This document shows positions 9,625-19,856 of a stretch of DNA of 64,000 nt, piece after piece; position 1 is the first letter of the stretch, and each line of letters opens with the position of its first letter. A program made the translations under genes and the position numbers. Under the pieces are notes generated by a model. It was not told the origin of the DNA, made no database searches, and saw only the letters and a program-made list of their open reading frames with translations. The DNA lies in NCBI GenBank assembly GCA_020029535.1, contig JAIBJM010000001.1, positions 35,705 through 99,704 of the forward strand. The letters run 5' to 3'. This DNA is from Gammaproteobacteria bacterium (lineage in GTDB: Bacteria > Pseudomonadota > Gammaproteobacteria > Steroidobacterales > Steroidobacteraceae).

Positions 9625-10800
9625 TTACTGCTGCAGCGAAGTGCGCGTGAATTGCACGCGGCGGTTCTGCGCGCGGCCCTCGGCCGTGGCGTTGTCGGCA
9701 ACCGGCTGCGCTTCGCCGAAGCCGCGGGCTTCAATGCGCGCGGCATCAATGCCCTTGCCGGTCACATAGGCCTTGACCGAATCGGCGCGGCGCTGCGACA
9801 GGTTCCGGTTGTAGGCGTCGGAGCCGACACTGTCGGTATGGCCTTCGAGGGTACCGCGTGCCGAGGGCACCGCCTTGAGGAACTCGACCAGGTTGTCGAG
9901 CTCGCCATAGGACTCGGGCTTGATGGTGGCCGAGTTGTTGTCGAAGTTGACCTGCAGCGCAATCGTCAATCCGCAACCCACCGCGTCGACCTTGTCGCCG
10001 GCCGGCGTGTTCGGGCAGCGATCGAGCCGATCGATGACGCCATCGCGGTCGCCATCGAGTTCGCAGCCGCTGGCGTCCACGCGCGCACCGGCCGGCGTGT
10101 TGGGGCAACGATCGGCGGGATCGACAACGCCATCGCCATCGCTGTCAGCCGGCGGCGGTGGTGGAGGCGGGGCTGCGGCGGGAGCCGGTGCTGCAGCTGC
10201 AGTCGGAGCGACTGCAGCCACCGGCGCCGCAGCCGGGGCGCCGCCGAAATAGCTGCGCAGGCCGAGCAGTACATAGACACCGGTCAGCGAGCCATAGCTG
10301 CTGTCACTCAGATCATCCAGGCGCATGCCGACTTCACCGAGGAACTGCAGGCGCGCCGAACTGGCTGCGCCGGCCATGAATCCCACGCCCAGCTTGAAGC
10401 CGGGATCCCTGCTGTTGTTGTAGGCCGTGCCGGTCTGGTCAGCGGTGACCATGCCGATGCCCGTAGCGATGTACGGGTTGATGCGTTTGTCGCGAGCGAA
10501 GACACGTTTGATATCCAGCTCGGTGAAACCGAACTTCCAGTCGCCGGTCGGGCCGGCCACGCCGGCTGAATGTTTGGTTTCGTTGTAGGCCAGTTCGAGA
10601 TCCCATTTGGGATTGAGTACCTTGCCGATGCCGAGGCGGAAGCCGAAGTCGTCATCAGCATGAAGATCATTGTCCGGGTCCAGCCACAGCACGCCCGGAG
10701 AGACGAAGTAGCTGTCTGGGTCGGGTCCGGCCTGCGTGGCGCCGGCGGCTGCAAACAGGCCGGTGGCGATGACTGCGGTCAGCAGGGTTCTGATTGTCAT
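9625..10800 (-). CDS. OmpA-family outer-membrane protein with thrombospondin type-3 repeats
   Basis: Signal peptide, beta-barrel-like N-domain and an Ala/Pro-rich linker (AAAPAPAAAPPPPPPPA). Two DxDGDGVxDxxDRCPNTPAG repeats follow, then a C-terminal OmpA peptidoglycan-binding domain (...GHTDSVGSDAYNRNLSQRRA...NRRVQF). The ATG at 10800 is preceded by GGAGG. Confidence 0.85.
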   Translation of the reverse strand: MTIRTLLTAVIATGLFAAAGATQAGPDPDSYFVSPGVLWLDPDNDLHADDDFGFRLGIGKVLNPKWDLELAYNETKHSAGVAGPTGDWKFGFTELDIKRVFARDKRINPYIATGIGMVTADQTGTAYNNSRDPGFKLGVGFMAGAASSARLQFLGEVGMRLDDLSDSSYGSLTGVYVLLGLRSYFGGAPAAAPVAAVAPTAAAAPAPAAAPPPPPPPADSDGDGVVDPADRCPNTPAGARVDASGCELDGDRDGVIDRLDRCPNTPAGDKVDAVGCGLTIALQVNFDNNSATIKPESYGELDNLVEFLKAVPSARGTLEGHTDSVGSDAYNRNLSQRRADSVKAYVTGKGIDAARIEARGFGEAQPVADNATAEGRAQNRRVQFTRTSLQQ

Positions 10801-10830
10801 TGGAGCCTCCATTGACTGTTGACGTTGCTG

Positions 10831-11304
10831 CTACGGACTGAAACTGCTGTGCACTACACGGTTGCCGACCTTGATACCGCGTCGCGCGGCTTCGCCGCTC
10901 CGCAATTCCAGCACGGCGCCCACCGGCTGCTCGCAGGTAATGAGGTCTTCGGATTCGGGTTTGGTGTGATCGCGGATGCACACCACGCGGCCCTGGGCAT
11001 CGATGAACAGCATGTCCAGCGATATCAAAGTGTTCTTCATCCACATGGTCATCACGCGTGCCGGCTTTTGCGGAAACAGCATGCCGTGATCGGCGGGCAG
11101 CTCCCGCACGAACATCAGTCCGCGCTGCTGGCGCTGCGGTGTGTCGGCAATGGCAATGTTGAACCAGTGGCGGCCGGCGGCGGTGCGTATCTCCAGCTTG
11201 GAGTCTGGAAATCCATCAATCACCGCTGACGCGGCCATCGCGCTGGCGCCCAGCAGCGCCACAGTCAGCGATGTCCACAGTCGCAGATGTCTGACGCGAT
11301 TCAT
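10831..11304 (-). CDS. DUF192-domain protein (secreted)
   Basis: Signal peptide plus ...ADTPQRQQRGLMFVRELPADHGMLFP...MWMKNTLISLDMLFID..., the DUF192 signature. Confidence 0.8.
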   Translation of the reverse strand: MNRVRHLRLWTSLTVALLGASAMAASAVIDGFPDSKLEIRTAAGRHWFNIAIADTPQRQQRGLMFVRELPADHGMLFPQKPARVMTMWMKNTLISLDMLFIDAQGRVVCIRDHTKPESEDLITCEQPVGAVLELRSGEAARRGIKVGNRVVHSSFSP

Positions 11305-11886
11305 TCACGGCTCCTTTTCATAGCGCGCAATCGCCGCCAGATCGAAACGTTCCACATACAGCTTGTCGTCGCCGCCCAGCGCGGTGGCGGCATCCACGCA
11401 GTAGCCGCGCAGCGCGACGCGGTAGACACGTTCGTCGCCGCTGGCGGAAAGCGGCTGCTGCAACAGCGAATCCACGCTGCATCGTTCGTCGCCCAGCGTG
11501 GCATAGACGCGGTTCTCGCCTTCCACCAGCACCGTGACATTGGTGGGCCATGGGCCGGCGCCGCTCTGGCCGGGCGTGGCCGCGATGCCGAACACGAAGC
11601 GCAAGCGGCGCGAGTCCTGCAGCGGACCGGCCATGCTGACGCGGATGCCCCGGCCGTCGGGGCGCGCACCGCCCTCGCACTGCAATCCGGCGCCGCGCCA
11701 GTCCAGCTGCGATTCGATGGCGCCACGCAACCGGGCCTGCAGGAAGGCGCGTTCGCCCGGCAGACACGTGTAGGACGCAGCTGACGTTGCCGAACTGCGC
11801 GGCATGTCGCAGCCTGATGTCAACATCGTTGCGGCCAGACATCCCGTCCACAGGTAGCGGGTTTCAGTGGGTCGCCGTCGGCTCAT
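11305..11886 (-). CDS. Hypothetical lipoprotein
   Basis: 193-aa ORF whose stop abuts the DUF192 start. Lipobox-like LTSGC near the N-terminus. No family recognised. Confidence 0.5.
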   Translation of the reverse strand: MSRRRPTETRYLWTGCLAATMLTSGCDMPRSSATSAASYTCLPGERAFLQARLRGAIESQLDWRGAGLQCEGGARPDGRGIRVSMAGPLQDSRRLRFVFGIAATPGQSGAGPWPTNVTVLVEGENRVYATLGDERCSVDSLLQQPLSASGDERVYRVALRGYCVDAATALGGDDKLYVERFDLAAIARYEKEP

Positions 11887-11939
11887 CGCTCACAGTGTAG
11901 CTGCTAATATGCAGCGCCGCCGCTGGTCCGGAATACTGC

Positions 11940-14507
11940 ATGTCGCAACTGCTTGAAGTCACTTCGATTGTTCCCGACGCGCTGGGCCGTTTGCCGGAGC
12001 TCGCCTCGAACCTGTTCTTTTCATGGCACCGGCCAACGCGCGCGCTGTTCCAGGATCTCGATCCCGAACTGTGGGACCAGGCTCGCGGCAATCCGCGGCT
12101 GATGCTCCGTTGCATCGATCAGCACAAGCTCGATGCCGCGGCGGTCGATGCCGCCTATCTGGGACGCTATCGCGAAGTGGTGGACAGCTTCGATGCCTAT
12201 CTGCAGGCGTCGCCCGCCACCGGATCTGCGCCATTGGTGGCGTACTTCTGTGCCGAGTACGGTTTTCATGAAAGCTTTCCCATCTACTCCGGCGGTCTCG
12301 GCATCCTGGCCGGCGATTACTGCAAGGCAGCCAGCGATGAACGCCTGAACTTTGTCGCAGTGGGGCTGCTGTACCGCCAGGGTTATTTCACCCAATCGGT
12401 GGACAGCGATGGCGCGCAGCATGCCGACTATGCCGACAACGATCCGCGCGATCTGCCGGTGGAACCGGTGCGCACGCCAGCCGGCGAGTGGTTCAAGGTG
12501 TCGGTGAGCATCGGCGTGTCGCAGGTGTGGGCGCGCGTGTGGCGTGCCGCCGTCGGCCGCGTCTCGGTGTATCTGCTCGATACCGACTGCGCCGAGAACA
12601 CCGCTTTCGATCGCGAGATCACGCATCGTCTGTACGGTGGCGATGAAGCCATACGCATCCGTCAGGAAATGATCCTCGGCATCGGCGGCGTGCGCGCGCT
12701 GCGCGGCCTGGGCCTGCAGCCCGCGGTCTGGCACATGAATGAGGGCCACGCCGCCTTCCTGATGCTGGAGCTGCTGGGCGAGGGCATGGCGCGCGGCCTG
12801 GATTTCGACACCGCACTGGAAGCCGCTGCCGTGCAGTGCGTATTCACCACCCATACGCCAGTGGCCGCCGGACACGATGTGTTCACCGACGAACTGTTCG
12901 CCGGCTGCTTCGGCGAATATGTGAAGACGCTGGGCGTACCGTTCGAGCGCGTAGTCGAGCTGGGCCGCGGTCCCGGCCTGCATCACGGCTTCAACATGAC
13001 GCGCCTGGCGCTGACGGGCGCGCGCCGCATCAATGGCGTCAGCCGTATCCACGGTGGTGTGTCGGAGCAGCTGTGCGCCGACCACTGGCCCGATGTGCCG
13101 CCGCGCGAGAATCCGGTGGGCTTCGTCACCAATGGTGTGCACGTGCCGACCTTCCTGGCACACACCTGGTCGCGGTTCTTCGATGCACAGCTCGGCGACG
13201 ACTGGCGCGAGCGGCTGTCGGATGCGGACTTCTGGCGGGCGCTGGAGCAGGTGCCCGACCGCCTGTTCTGGGAAACCGCGCAGAACGTCAAATCGCGCAT
13301 GCTCGATGGCGTGCGGCAGCGCCTGACGCGCGAGTACGCGCGCAAGGGTCTCAGTTCGGCGCAGCTGCGTCATGTCACGCGGCTGCTCGATCCGCTCAAG
13401 CCTGACGTGCTGACACTGGGCTTTGCGAGGCGCTTCGCCACCTACAAGCGCGCTTCGCTGCTGTTGCGCGATCGCGCGCGGCTGGCGCGGCTGGTGGGCG
13501 ACGCGGAGCGGCCACTGCTGTTCCTGTTCGCCGGCAAGGCGCATCCGGCCGATCAGCCGGGCCAGCAGGTGCTGCGCGAGATCAAGCAGCTGATGCTGAC
13601 GCCGGAGTTCGCCGGCCGCGTGGTATTCCTCGAGGACTACGACATGCAGCTGTCGCGCTGGCTGGTGTCGGGCGTGGATGTGTGGCTGAACAATCCGATC
13701 GCGCCGCTGGAAGCCAGCGGCACCTCGGGCATCAAGGCCGCGGTGAATGGACGGCTGAATCTCAGCGTGCTGGATGGCTGGTGGGCGGAAGCCTTTGACG
13801 GTCGCAATGGCTGGGGCATTCCAGGCACGCACGTGCAGGATCCGGAACGTCGCGATGCGCTGGATGCGGAGCTGATGCTGGACACGCTCGAGGAGGAAGT
13901 GCTGCCGCTGTACTACACGCGCGGCAACGAAGGCTATTCACCGCAATGGGTGCAGTACTGCAAGCGCGCCATGATGACGGTGATTCCGCAGTTCAACATG
14001 CGTCGCATGGTGCACGACTACACCGAGGGCATGTACCTGCCCACCGCCGCGCTGCATGCGCGCTGCGCGGCCGACGACCAGGCAGGCGCGCGCCAGCTGG
14101 CGCAGTGGAAGCAGCGCCTGCGCCGGGCCTGGAATGGCGTGTCCCTGCGCCGTGTCGGTGATTTGCCGCGTGAGCTGGCGCGGGCCGGGCGGTTGCAGCT
14201 GGGCGTGGCTGCGGCACTGAATGGCCTGACGCCGCAGGATGTGCGCATTGAATTCTTCGGTCGCCGTCTGCTGCCGCGCGCCAGCGATGACCCGCCGGCG
14301 CTGTCTTCATACCGGAATGGCGTCGAAGATGGCGTGTGGCGCGCCGTGCTGCAACCCACCGGACAGGTGGACGGCGATGGCTCGCATGTGTTCGCGCTGG
14401 ATGCGGCGCCGCCCAGTTCGGGACAATATTCCACCGAGGTGCGTATCACGCCGGCACATCCCTTGCTGGCACATCCGCTCGAAATGGGATTGATGAAGCG
14501 GCTATGA
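11940..14507 (+). CDS. glgP: Alpha-glucan (glycogen/maltodextrin) phosphorylase, GT35
   Basis: 855 aa. It contains ...[11 protein letters not shown]... and the PLP-lysine region ...[27 protein letters not shown]... Confidence 0.9.
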   Translation: MSQLLEVTSIVPDALGRLPELASNLFFSWHRPTRALFQDLDPELWDQARGNPRLMLRCIDQHKLDAAAVDAAYLGRYREVVDSFDAYLQASPATGSAPLVAYFCAEYGFHESFPIYSGGLGILAGDYCKAASDERLNFVAVGLLYRQGYFTQSVDSDGAQHADYADNDPRDLPVEPVRTPAGEWFKVSVSIGVSQVWARVWRAAVGRVSVYLLDTDCAENTAFDREITHRLYGGDEAIRIRQEMILGIGGVRALRGLGLQPAVWHMNEGHAAFLMLELLGEGMARGLDFDTALEAAAVQCVFTTHTPVAAGHDVFTDELFAGCFGEYVKTLGVPFERVVELGRGPGLHHGFNMTRLALTGARRINGVSRIHGGVSEQLCADHWPDVPPRENPVGFVTNGVHVPTFLAHTWSRFFDAQLGDDWRERLSDADFWRALEQVPDRLFWETAQNVKSRMLDGVRQRLTREYARKGLSSAQLRHVTRLLDPLKPDVLTLGFARRFATYKRASLLLRDRARLARLVGDAERPLLFLFAGKAHPADQPGQQVLREIKQLMLTPEFAGRVVFLEDYDMQLSRWLVSGVDVWLNNPIAPLEASGTSGIKAAVNGRLNLSVLDGWWAEAFDGRNGWGIPGTHVQDPERRDALDAELMLDTLEEEVLPLYYTRGNEGYSPQWVQYCKRAMMTVIPQFNMRRMVHDYTEGMYLPTAALHARCAADDQAGARQLAQWKQRLRRAWNGVSLRRVGDLPRELARAGRLQLGVAAALNGLTPQDVRIEFFGRRLLPRASDDPPALSSYRNGVEDGVWRAVLQPTGQVDGDGSHVFALDAAPPSSGQYSTEVRITPAHPLLAHPLEMGLMKRL

Positions 14508-15124
14508 ATGCAACGGCAGAGGTACTGCGGGTAGGTGTGGGCGGTCCGGTGGGTTCGGGCAAGACGGCGCTGGTGGATGCGCTGTGCAAGCAGTTGCGCC
14601 ACCGGCTCAATCTTGCGGTGGTCACCAACGACATCTACACGCGCGAGGATGCCGAGTTCCTGATCCGCAGCAAGGCGCTGACGCCCGACCGCATCCGCGG
14701 CGTGGAAACCGGCGGCTGCCCGCACACTGCGATCCGCGAAGACGCTTCGATGAACCTGGCTGCCATCGACGGCCTGATGCGCGATTTCGCCGATCTGGAA
14801 ATGATCATCGTCGAAAGCGGCGGCGACAATCTGGCGGCCACTTTCAGCCCCGAGCTGTCGGACCTGACTCTTTACGTGATCGATGTGGCAGCCGGCGACA
14901 AGATTCCGCGCAAGGGCGGTCCGGGCATCATGAAATCCGACTTGCTGATCATCAACAAGATCGACCTGGCGCCTCATGTGGGCGCTTCACTGGAAGTGAT
15001 GGACCGGGACGCCCGCCGCATGCGCGGCGAGCGTCCCTTTGTGTTCACCAATCTGAAGACCGGTCAGGGACTGGACCGGGTGATCGAGTTCATCCTGCGT
15101 GAAGGGATGCTGGCGCCTCGCTGA
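14504..15124 (+). CDS. ureG: Urease accessory GTPase UreG
   Basis: [23 protein letters not shown] (P-loop), ETGGCPH, ESGGDNL and INKIDL. ATG 14504 overlaps the glgP TGA (ATGA). Confidence 0.93.
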   Translation: MNATAEVLRVGVGGPVGSGKTALVDALCKQLRHRLNLAVVTNDIYTREDAEFLIRSKALTPDRIRGVETGGCPHTAIREDASMNLAAIDGLMRDFADLEMIIVESGGDNLAATFSPELSDLTLYVIDVAAGDKIPRKGGPGIMKSDLLIINKIDLAPHVGASLEVMDRDARRMRGERPFVFTNLKTGQGLDRVIEFILREGMLAPR

Positions 15125-16682
15125 TCGCATGTGCCGGGGCCGGCGCTGTGACGCTGGCGAACCTGGCGCAGCCATACAGAAAACCGGCCACCACCAGGTA
15201 GGCCACGGCCAGCATCGGTGACTGACCGATGCCCACGGCCTCGCCGTGCATCAGGCCGAAGAAGGTCAGCAGCGCGCCCGCGGTCGCAAAGCCCGCTGCT
15301 TTGGCGAATTGCCGCTCGATGATGAACACCGCGATGGCGCTCAGCGCCAGACCGCTCAGTGTGGAGCCGCCGCCCAGTACATGCAGTCCTTCATACAGCA
15401 CACCATTGCTGGCCAGCTTGTCGATGCCGACGGCTGCGGCGTTCAGTCCCGCGGCGCCCAGCGAGTTGTCGATCTGGTTTACCGTCCACGCCGCGAGATT
15501 GGGTATCAGCGCCAGCATGATGGCCGGTGCATGGCTGCGTGGCGTTTCCTGGAAGGCCTGCGAACCGATCAGCATGCCGATGTACAGCAGGATGGGCACG
15601 ATGGCGACCACCGGGATCAGCGCCATCATCACCGCAAGGATCCCGAACCAGGCCAGCACGATCACCATGGCGCCGGTGGCGGCCGAGTAGCCGATGCGGC
15701 CGCCCATGGCCTTCCAGCCCGGATGGCCGATGTAAACCGCGTTGATGAAGGGGTTGCCCATCAGGCAGCCGATCAGACTGATGACGCCGTCGGCGGTCAG
15801 CACGCGGGTGGTGGGGAAGCTGTCGCCGGCCGCGGCGGCGCTTTCCACATTGTCCAGCGCTTCGACCAGATCGTAGATGCCGAACGGAATCGCCGTCACC
15901 AGAATGACACCGATGTATTCGAAGCCGGAGAACACATGGCCGAAGGCCGGTAGCGGAATCGAGAAGCCGAAGTTGGCGAATGAATCGTTGAGACCCTGCA
16001 GACTCATGCCGCCGACACTGAAACCGAAGGCCGTGGAACCCCAGGCGATCAGCATGCCCACGGCAATGGCCACCAGTCCGGCCGGCACGCCCCTGAAGTA
16101 ACGCACACCGCCGAACCAGCCCACCAGGATGATGGCCATGCAGACCACGCCGATCAGCGGCGTCATGAAGGTCTGCAGCGCCGGGCGCATGGCGATGAAG
16201 GTGATCGACACGCCGGCCAGCGTGCCCAGCAGTGCGGCGCGCGGCGTCACCTTGCGGATCCACGGACCGGCAAAGCCGCCGATCATCAGGATGAAACTCT
16301 GCACGAACACCCAGGTGAGTCCCGCCTCCCAGCCCTTGACTGGATCGCCGGTGGTCAGCGTGATCGGCAGCATTACCACGAAGGTGACGATGAACATGTG
16401 CGGCACGCTGATGCCCGAGGGCAGGGCGCACACATCGCTGCGCCCGGTTTTCTGCGCCAGCTGGTACGCCAGCCGGGCGTAGTACACGGTGCTCAGGCAC
16501 AGCATCAAGCCGGTCGCCGGCAGGATGCGGCCGAATACCATTTCCGGCGGCATCTTCAGTACGAACAGCAGCAGCCCGGTCAGCGTCAGCAGATTGACCA
16601 GGATGTTGGTGCCGAAACCGAACAAGGCGTTCCAGTCGCCCGGTACCCATATCTTTGGTTTGTATGTCGTGCTCGTGCTCAT
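15090..16682 (-). CDS. Polytopic permease of the xanthine/uracil/vitamin C (NCS2-superfamily)-like type, substrate unknown
   Basis: 530 aa with at least 12 hydrophobic segments. The N-terminus ...[19 protein letters not shown]... resembles this permease group (recall). A GGGAG Shine-Dalgarno sits in the 20-nt gap after the upstream gene. The 3' end overlaps the ureG 3' end by 35 nt (convergent). Confidence 0.6.
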   Translation of the reverse strand: MSTSTTYKPKIWVPGDWNALFGFGTNILVNLLTLTGLLLFVLKMPPEMVFGRILPATGLMLCLSTVYYARLAYQLAQKTGRSDVCALPSGISVPHMFIVTFVVMLPITLTTGDPVKGWEAGLTWVFVQSFILMIGGFAGPWIRKVTPRAALLGTLAGVSITFIAMRPALQTFMTPLIGVVCMAIILVGWFGGVRYFRGVPAGLVAIAVGMLIAWGSTAFGFSVGGMSLQGLNDSFANFGFSIPLPAFGHVFSGFEYIGVILVTAIPFGIYDLVEALDNVESAAAAGDSFPTTRVLTADGVISLIGCLMGNPFINAVYIGHPGWKAMGGRIGYSAATGAMVIVLAWFGILAVMMALIPVVAIVPILLYIGMLIGSQAFQETPRSHAPAIMLALIPNLAAWTVNQIDNSLGAAGLNAAAVGIDKLASNGVLYEGLHVLGGGSTLSGLALSAIAVFIIERQFAKAAGFATAGALLTFFGLMHGEAVGIGQSPMLAVAYLVVAGFLYGCARFASVTAPAPAHAISEAPASLHAG

Positions 16683-16702
16683 GGCTTGCTCCCTGTTTGC
16701 GA

Positions 16703-17368
16703 TCAGGCGCCCAGCGCCGCAATGATTTTTTCCGAATCCGTCACCCAGCCGAAAATGCCGCCCTGCGCCTTGATCATGCGCAGCGCAACTTCATGAAACT
16801 CGGGGAAGTACGAGGCGCAACAATCGCCCGGCACCAGACAGCGGTAACCGCGGTCGTTGGCCTCGCGCACCGTGGTGTGCACGCACACTTCGGTGGTGAC
16901 GCCGCACACGATCAGCACGTCGACATGACGGTGCAACAGCACGGCCTGCAGATCGGTGGCGTAGAAGGCGCCCTTGCCAGGTTTGTCGATGACCGGTTCG
17001 CCGACGCGCGGATAGAGCTCGGGGATGATGTCCTGGCCGGGTTCGCCTCGCACCAGGATACGGCCCATGGGGCCCGCGTCGCCGATGCGCTGGCTGGGCG
17101 CGCCGCGCTCGATCTTGGCCGGCGGCGCGTCGCTGAGATCGGGCCGATGTCCTTCACGCGTGTGGATGACGGCGAGGCCGGTGCGGCGCGCGGCCTCCAG
17201 CAGCGCGCGACAGGGCTCGATGGCGCGCGCCAGCAGGCTGACATCATTGCCCAGCGATTCGCCGAAGCCGCCTGGCTGCAGGAAGTCGCGCTGCATGTCG
17301 ATGATCACCACGGCCGCGCGGCGCGGGTTGAACGCGATCGGCGCTGGTTCGGCGTCGACGGTGATCAT
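16703..17368 (-). CDS. Isochorismatase-family cysteine hydrolase (paralogue 2)
   Basis: VIIDMQRDF (Asp), IDKPGKGAF (Lys) and [11 protein letters not shown] (Cys), plus [11 protein letters not shown] chose the start at ATG 17368 (MITVDAEP...) by length comparison with the paralogue. ATG 17434 or 17464 is also possible. Confidence 0.7.
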   Translation of the reverse strand: MITVDAEPAPIAFNPRRAAVVIIDMQRDFLQPGGFGESLGNDVSLLARAIEPCRALLEAARRTGLAVIHTREGHRPDLSDAPPAKIERGAPSQRIGDAGPMGRILVRGEPGQDIIPELYPRVGEPVIDKPGKGAFYATDLQAVLLHRHVDVLIVCGVTTEVCVHTTVREANDRGYRCLVPGDCCASYFPEFHEVALRMIKAQGGIFGWVTDSEKIIAALGA

Positions 17369-17423
17369 GGATATCTGCGGAACACGACACGGGTCCGAAG
17401 CAAGATCCGGACCAGTGACGCCA

Positions 17424-17831
17424 TCAATCGCCATGCAGCTGTTCCGGATCCACTTCGCTGACATGCGCCGAGGCGATTTTCCACTGTCCCGCGTAACGTA
17501 CCCACAGCTGCGATTGCCGTCCGCGCCGCGGTGACAGCGGCGATTCGAACTCCGCGCTGACGCTGGCGCAGTCGGGCCCCAAGCTCACCACTACCACACG
17601 CAGCAGACGGCGCTCGGAGCCCACACCCGCGGCGCCACGTCGCCAGGCGGCGATGGCCTCGGCGCCATAGTTGTGCTCGGCAATGCCGAAACGCACTGTG
17701 TCGGGCCGCGACAGGAAGGATGCGTTGAGCGCTGTGATGTCATGGCGGCGCAGTGCCGCCTCATATTCATTGAAGGCCCGACGCACCTGTTGCAGCACTT
17801 CCGGCTGGTTGATGTCGGTGTCGTCGATCAA
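17424..17831 (-). CDS. AtzH-like (DUF3225, NTF2/SnoaL fold) protein
   Basis: ...[24 protein letters not shown]...[15 protein letters not shown]...[22 protein letters not shown] is the pattern of AtzH-like proteins. The only start that avoids a 148-nt overlap is TTG 17831, which overlaps the upstream TGA (TTGA). Confidence 0.62.
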   Translation of the reverse strand: MIDDTDINQPEVLQQVRRAFNEYEAALRRHDITALNASFLSRPDTVRFGIAEHNYGAEAIAAWRRGAAGVGSERRLLRVVVVSLGPDCASVSAEFESPLSPRRGRQSQLWVRYAGQWKIASAHVSEVDPEQLHGD

Positions 17832-18523
17832 GCCGCGGCCTGTGACATCGACTCGATCAGCAATGCGGAGGTACCCACGGCGCCAAACACACCGCCCTGC
17901 ATGGTGACCATCTTCAGCGCGGCCTGATGGTTGCCGGCATCGGTGGCGCCGCAGCAGTCGGCCAGGATCAGGCATTCGAAGCCGCGGTCATTGGCTTCGC
18001 GCATCGTGGTGTGCACGCACACGTCGGTGGTGATGCCGGTCAGCACCAGATTGCGCACGGAGGTAGCGCGCAGGATCAGCTCCAGATCGGTGGCGTAGAA
18101 GGAGCCCTTGCCCGGCTTGTCGATGATGGTCTCGCCTGGCAGCGGGGCCAGTTCGGGAATTATTTCCCAGCCGGGCTCGCCACGCACCAAAATGCGGCCG
18201 CACGGGCCCGCATCGCCGATACCTGCACCGATCTGGCGCGAACGCCAGCGCTTGTTGGCCGGCAGATCGGCGAGATCGGGGCGATGGCCCTCACGCGTAT
18301 GGATGATGCGGAAGCCGCGCGCGCGCATGTGCGACAACAGCCGGCCGATCGGTGCAATCGGCGCGCGCGTCAGTGATACGTCATAGCCCATCTTGTCCAC
18401 GTAGCCGCCGACGCCGCAGAAATCGGTCTGCATGTCGATGACCATCAATGCAGTGTCGTCGGCGGAAAAGCGGCCATTCCACGGCCACGAATACGGATCG
18501 GCGCGCAGCGCTGAAAACGACAT
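17828..18523 (-). CDS. Isochorismatase-family cysteine hydrolase, biuret/triuret amidohydrolase (BiuH/TrtA)-like
   Basis: [48 protein letters not shown] and [19 protein letters not shown]. It closely follows my recollection of BiuH. A GAGGGA Shine-Dalgarno precedes the ATG. Confidence 0.72.
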   Translation of the reverse strand: MSFSALRADPYSWPWNGRFSADDTALMVIDMQTDFCGVGGYVDKMGYDVSLTRAPIAPIGRLLSHMRARGFRIIHTREGHRPDLADLPANKRWRSRQIGAGIGDAGPCGRILVRGEPGWEIIPELAPLPGETIIDKPGKGSFYATDLELILRATSVRNLVLTGITTDVCVHTTMREANDRGFECLILADCCGATDAGNHQAALKMVTMQGGVFGAVGTSALLIESMSQAAA

Positions 18524-18570
18524 GATTCCCTCATCCTGTAGCGGTGAATGAATTCGGTCGGTTCAGCGGA

Positions 18571-18585
18571 GCAAGCGCTATGCCA
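18571..18585 (-). promoter_or_regulatory. Sigma54 (-24/-12) promoter for the hydrolase/AtzH-like/permease operon
   Basis: The minus strand reads TGGCAT-AGCGC-TTGC with correct GG/GC spacing. It lies about 48 nt upstream of ATG 18523. Confidence 0.65.
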
Positions 18586-18677
18586 CGTTTTGATGCATAC
18601 CTGCGGCTGTGGTGCCCGCATCATGGCCGGATGACCGCTGTTTCCATGGATAAATCCCGCAACAGGAATGTGACATA

Positions 18678-18692
18678 TGGCACAGCGCTTGC
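18678..18692 (+). promoter_or_regulatory. Sigma54 (-24/-12) promoter for porin-urt-ure
   Basis: TGGCAC-AGCGC-TTGC is a perfect match to TGGCAC-N5-TTGC. It lies about 68 nt upstream of ATG 18760. Confidence 0.7.
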
Positions 18693-18759
18693 TCCTTTTC
18701 TGACGGGAGCGAGGGTTGTTCCAGCCCTCAGTAATAACCAGTAACACAAGGACGACATC

Positions 18760-19824
18760 ATGCAACTGCCAATCAGCGGTCCGCGCCGCGGATCCCTCGC
18801 CTGTATCCTCGCCGCCGTTGCGCCCTTTGCAGGCGGCGTCGCGTCGGCAGCGGAAGTGACACTGCCGACGGTTACGCTGGGTGCTGGAGTGCGCACCAGC
18901 CTCACAAATGTGGACGACGGCACCGATACGTATGCCGACTTCGACGTAAACAGCGCGCGCCTCTACATCAACGGTAGCGTCACCGACAAGATCAAGTTCA
19001 CTTTCAACACCGAGTACAACGGCACCGACGACCTGATCCTGATGGATGCGATTGCCCGCTTCGAGTACTCGGACCAGCTGAACATCTGGGCCGGCCGCCT
19101 GCTGCCACCCAGCGATCGTGCCAACCTGTATGGACCGTACTACGCCAACAACTGGGCGGTGTACATCGACGGCGTGCAGGACATGTGGCCGAACACCGCG
19201 GTCGGTCGCGATGAAGGCGTGCTGTACTGGGGCCAGTTCGGCAAGGTGAAACTGTCGGCCGGCGTCTTCGACGTGCCGCAGACGCTGGGCCCGAGCGATT
19301 CCAACGCCTTTGACGCCGACCTGTTGTGGGCCGGTCGTGCACAGATCGATCTGTGGGATCCGGAAAACGGTTACTACCTGAACGGCACCTACTACGGCGA
19401 CAAGGACCTGCTGGCCTTCGGCGTTGCGACGCAATCGGCTGGTGACTACACCGCCTACAGCGGTGACTTCCTGTTCGAGAAGAAGCTCGGCGGTGGCGGT
19501 GCCATCGGCGTCGAAGCCGAGTACTACTCGCAGGAGATGGATCCTGTCGGGACGCTGAACGACTCCGACTACGACGGCTACTACGGCCTGGTGCACTACG
19601 TGTTCCCGACGCCGGTGGGTATCGGCAAGTTCCAGGTGCTGGCCAAGTACGGCGAAGCGGGCTTCGACGGATCGTATGACGTCAAGACCACCGAGCTGAA
19701 CGTGAACTACCTGATCAAGACCTTCAATGCCCGCACCAGCCTGTTCTACACCGAGCAGAAGCCGGACTACGCCGGTGCCACCAAGTACAAGACCTTCGGT
19801 CTCGGTCTGCAGCTGCAGATGTAA
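18760..19824 (+). CDS. Outer-membrane porin, possibly short-chain amide/urea porin (FmdC-like)
   Basis: Signal peptide (…GGVASAAEV) and alternating amphipathic beta-strand pattern rich in Y/G/D. 354 aa. It sits directly upstream of urtA. The family assignment is tentative. Confidence 0.55.
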   Translation: MQLPISGPRRGSLACILAAVAPFAGGVASAAEVTLPTVTLGAGVRTSLTNVDDGTDTYADFDVNSARLYINGSVTDKIKFTFNTEYNGTDDLILMDAIARFEYSDQLNIWAGRLLPPSDRANLYGPYYANNWAVYIDGVQDMWPNTAVGRDEGVLYWGQFGKVKLSAGVFDVPQTLGPSDSNAFDADLLWAGRAQIDLWDPENGYYLNGTYYGDKDLLAFGVATQSAGDYTAYSGDFLFEKKLGGGGAIGVEAEYYSQEMDPVGTLNDSDYDGYYGLVHYVFPTPVGIGKFQVLAKYGEAGFDGSYDVKTTELNVNYLIKTFNARTSLFYTEQKPDYAGATKYKTFGLGLQLQM

Positions 19825-19856
19825 TCGACAGACAGACAACATACAGGGGAAATCCG

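Noticed and set aside
18586-18677. Search for canonical NtrC sites (TGCACC-N5-GGTGCA) and an IHF site between the two sigma54 promoters.
   Set aside because: I found only partial matches (GATGCAT, TGGTGCCCGCATC). I cannot call enhancer sites by eye, so they are left as an open question inside the promoter finding.
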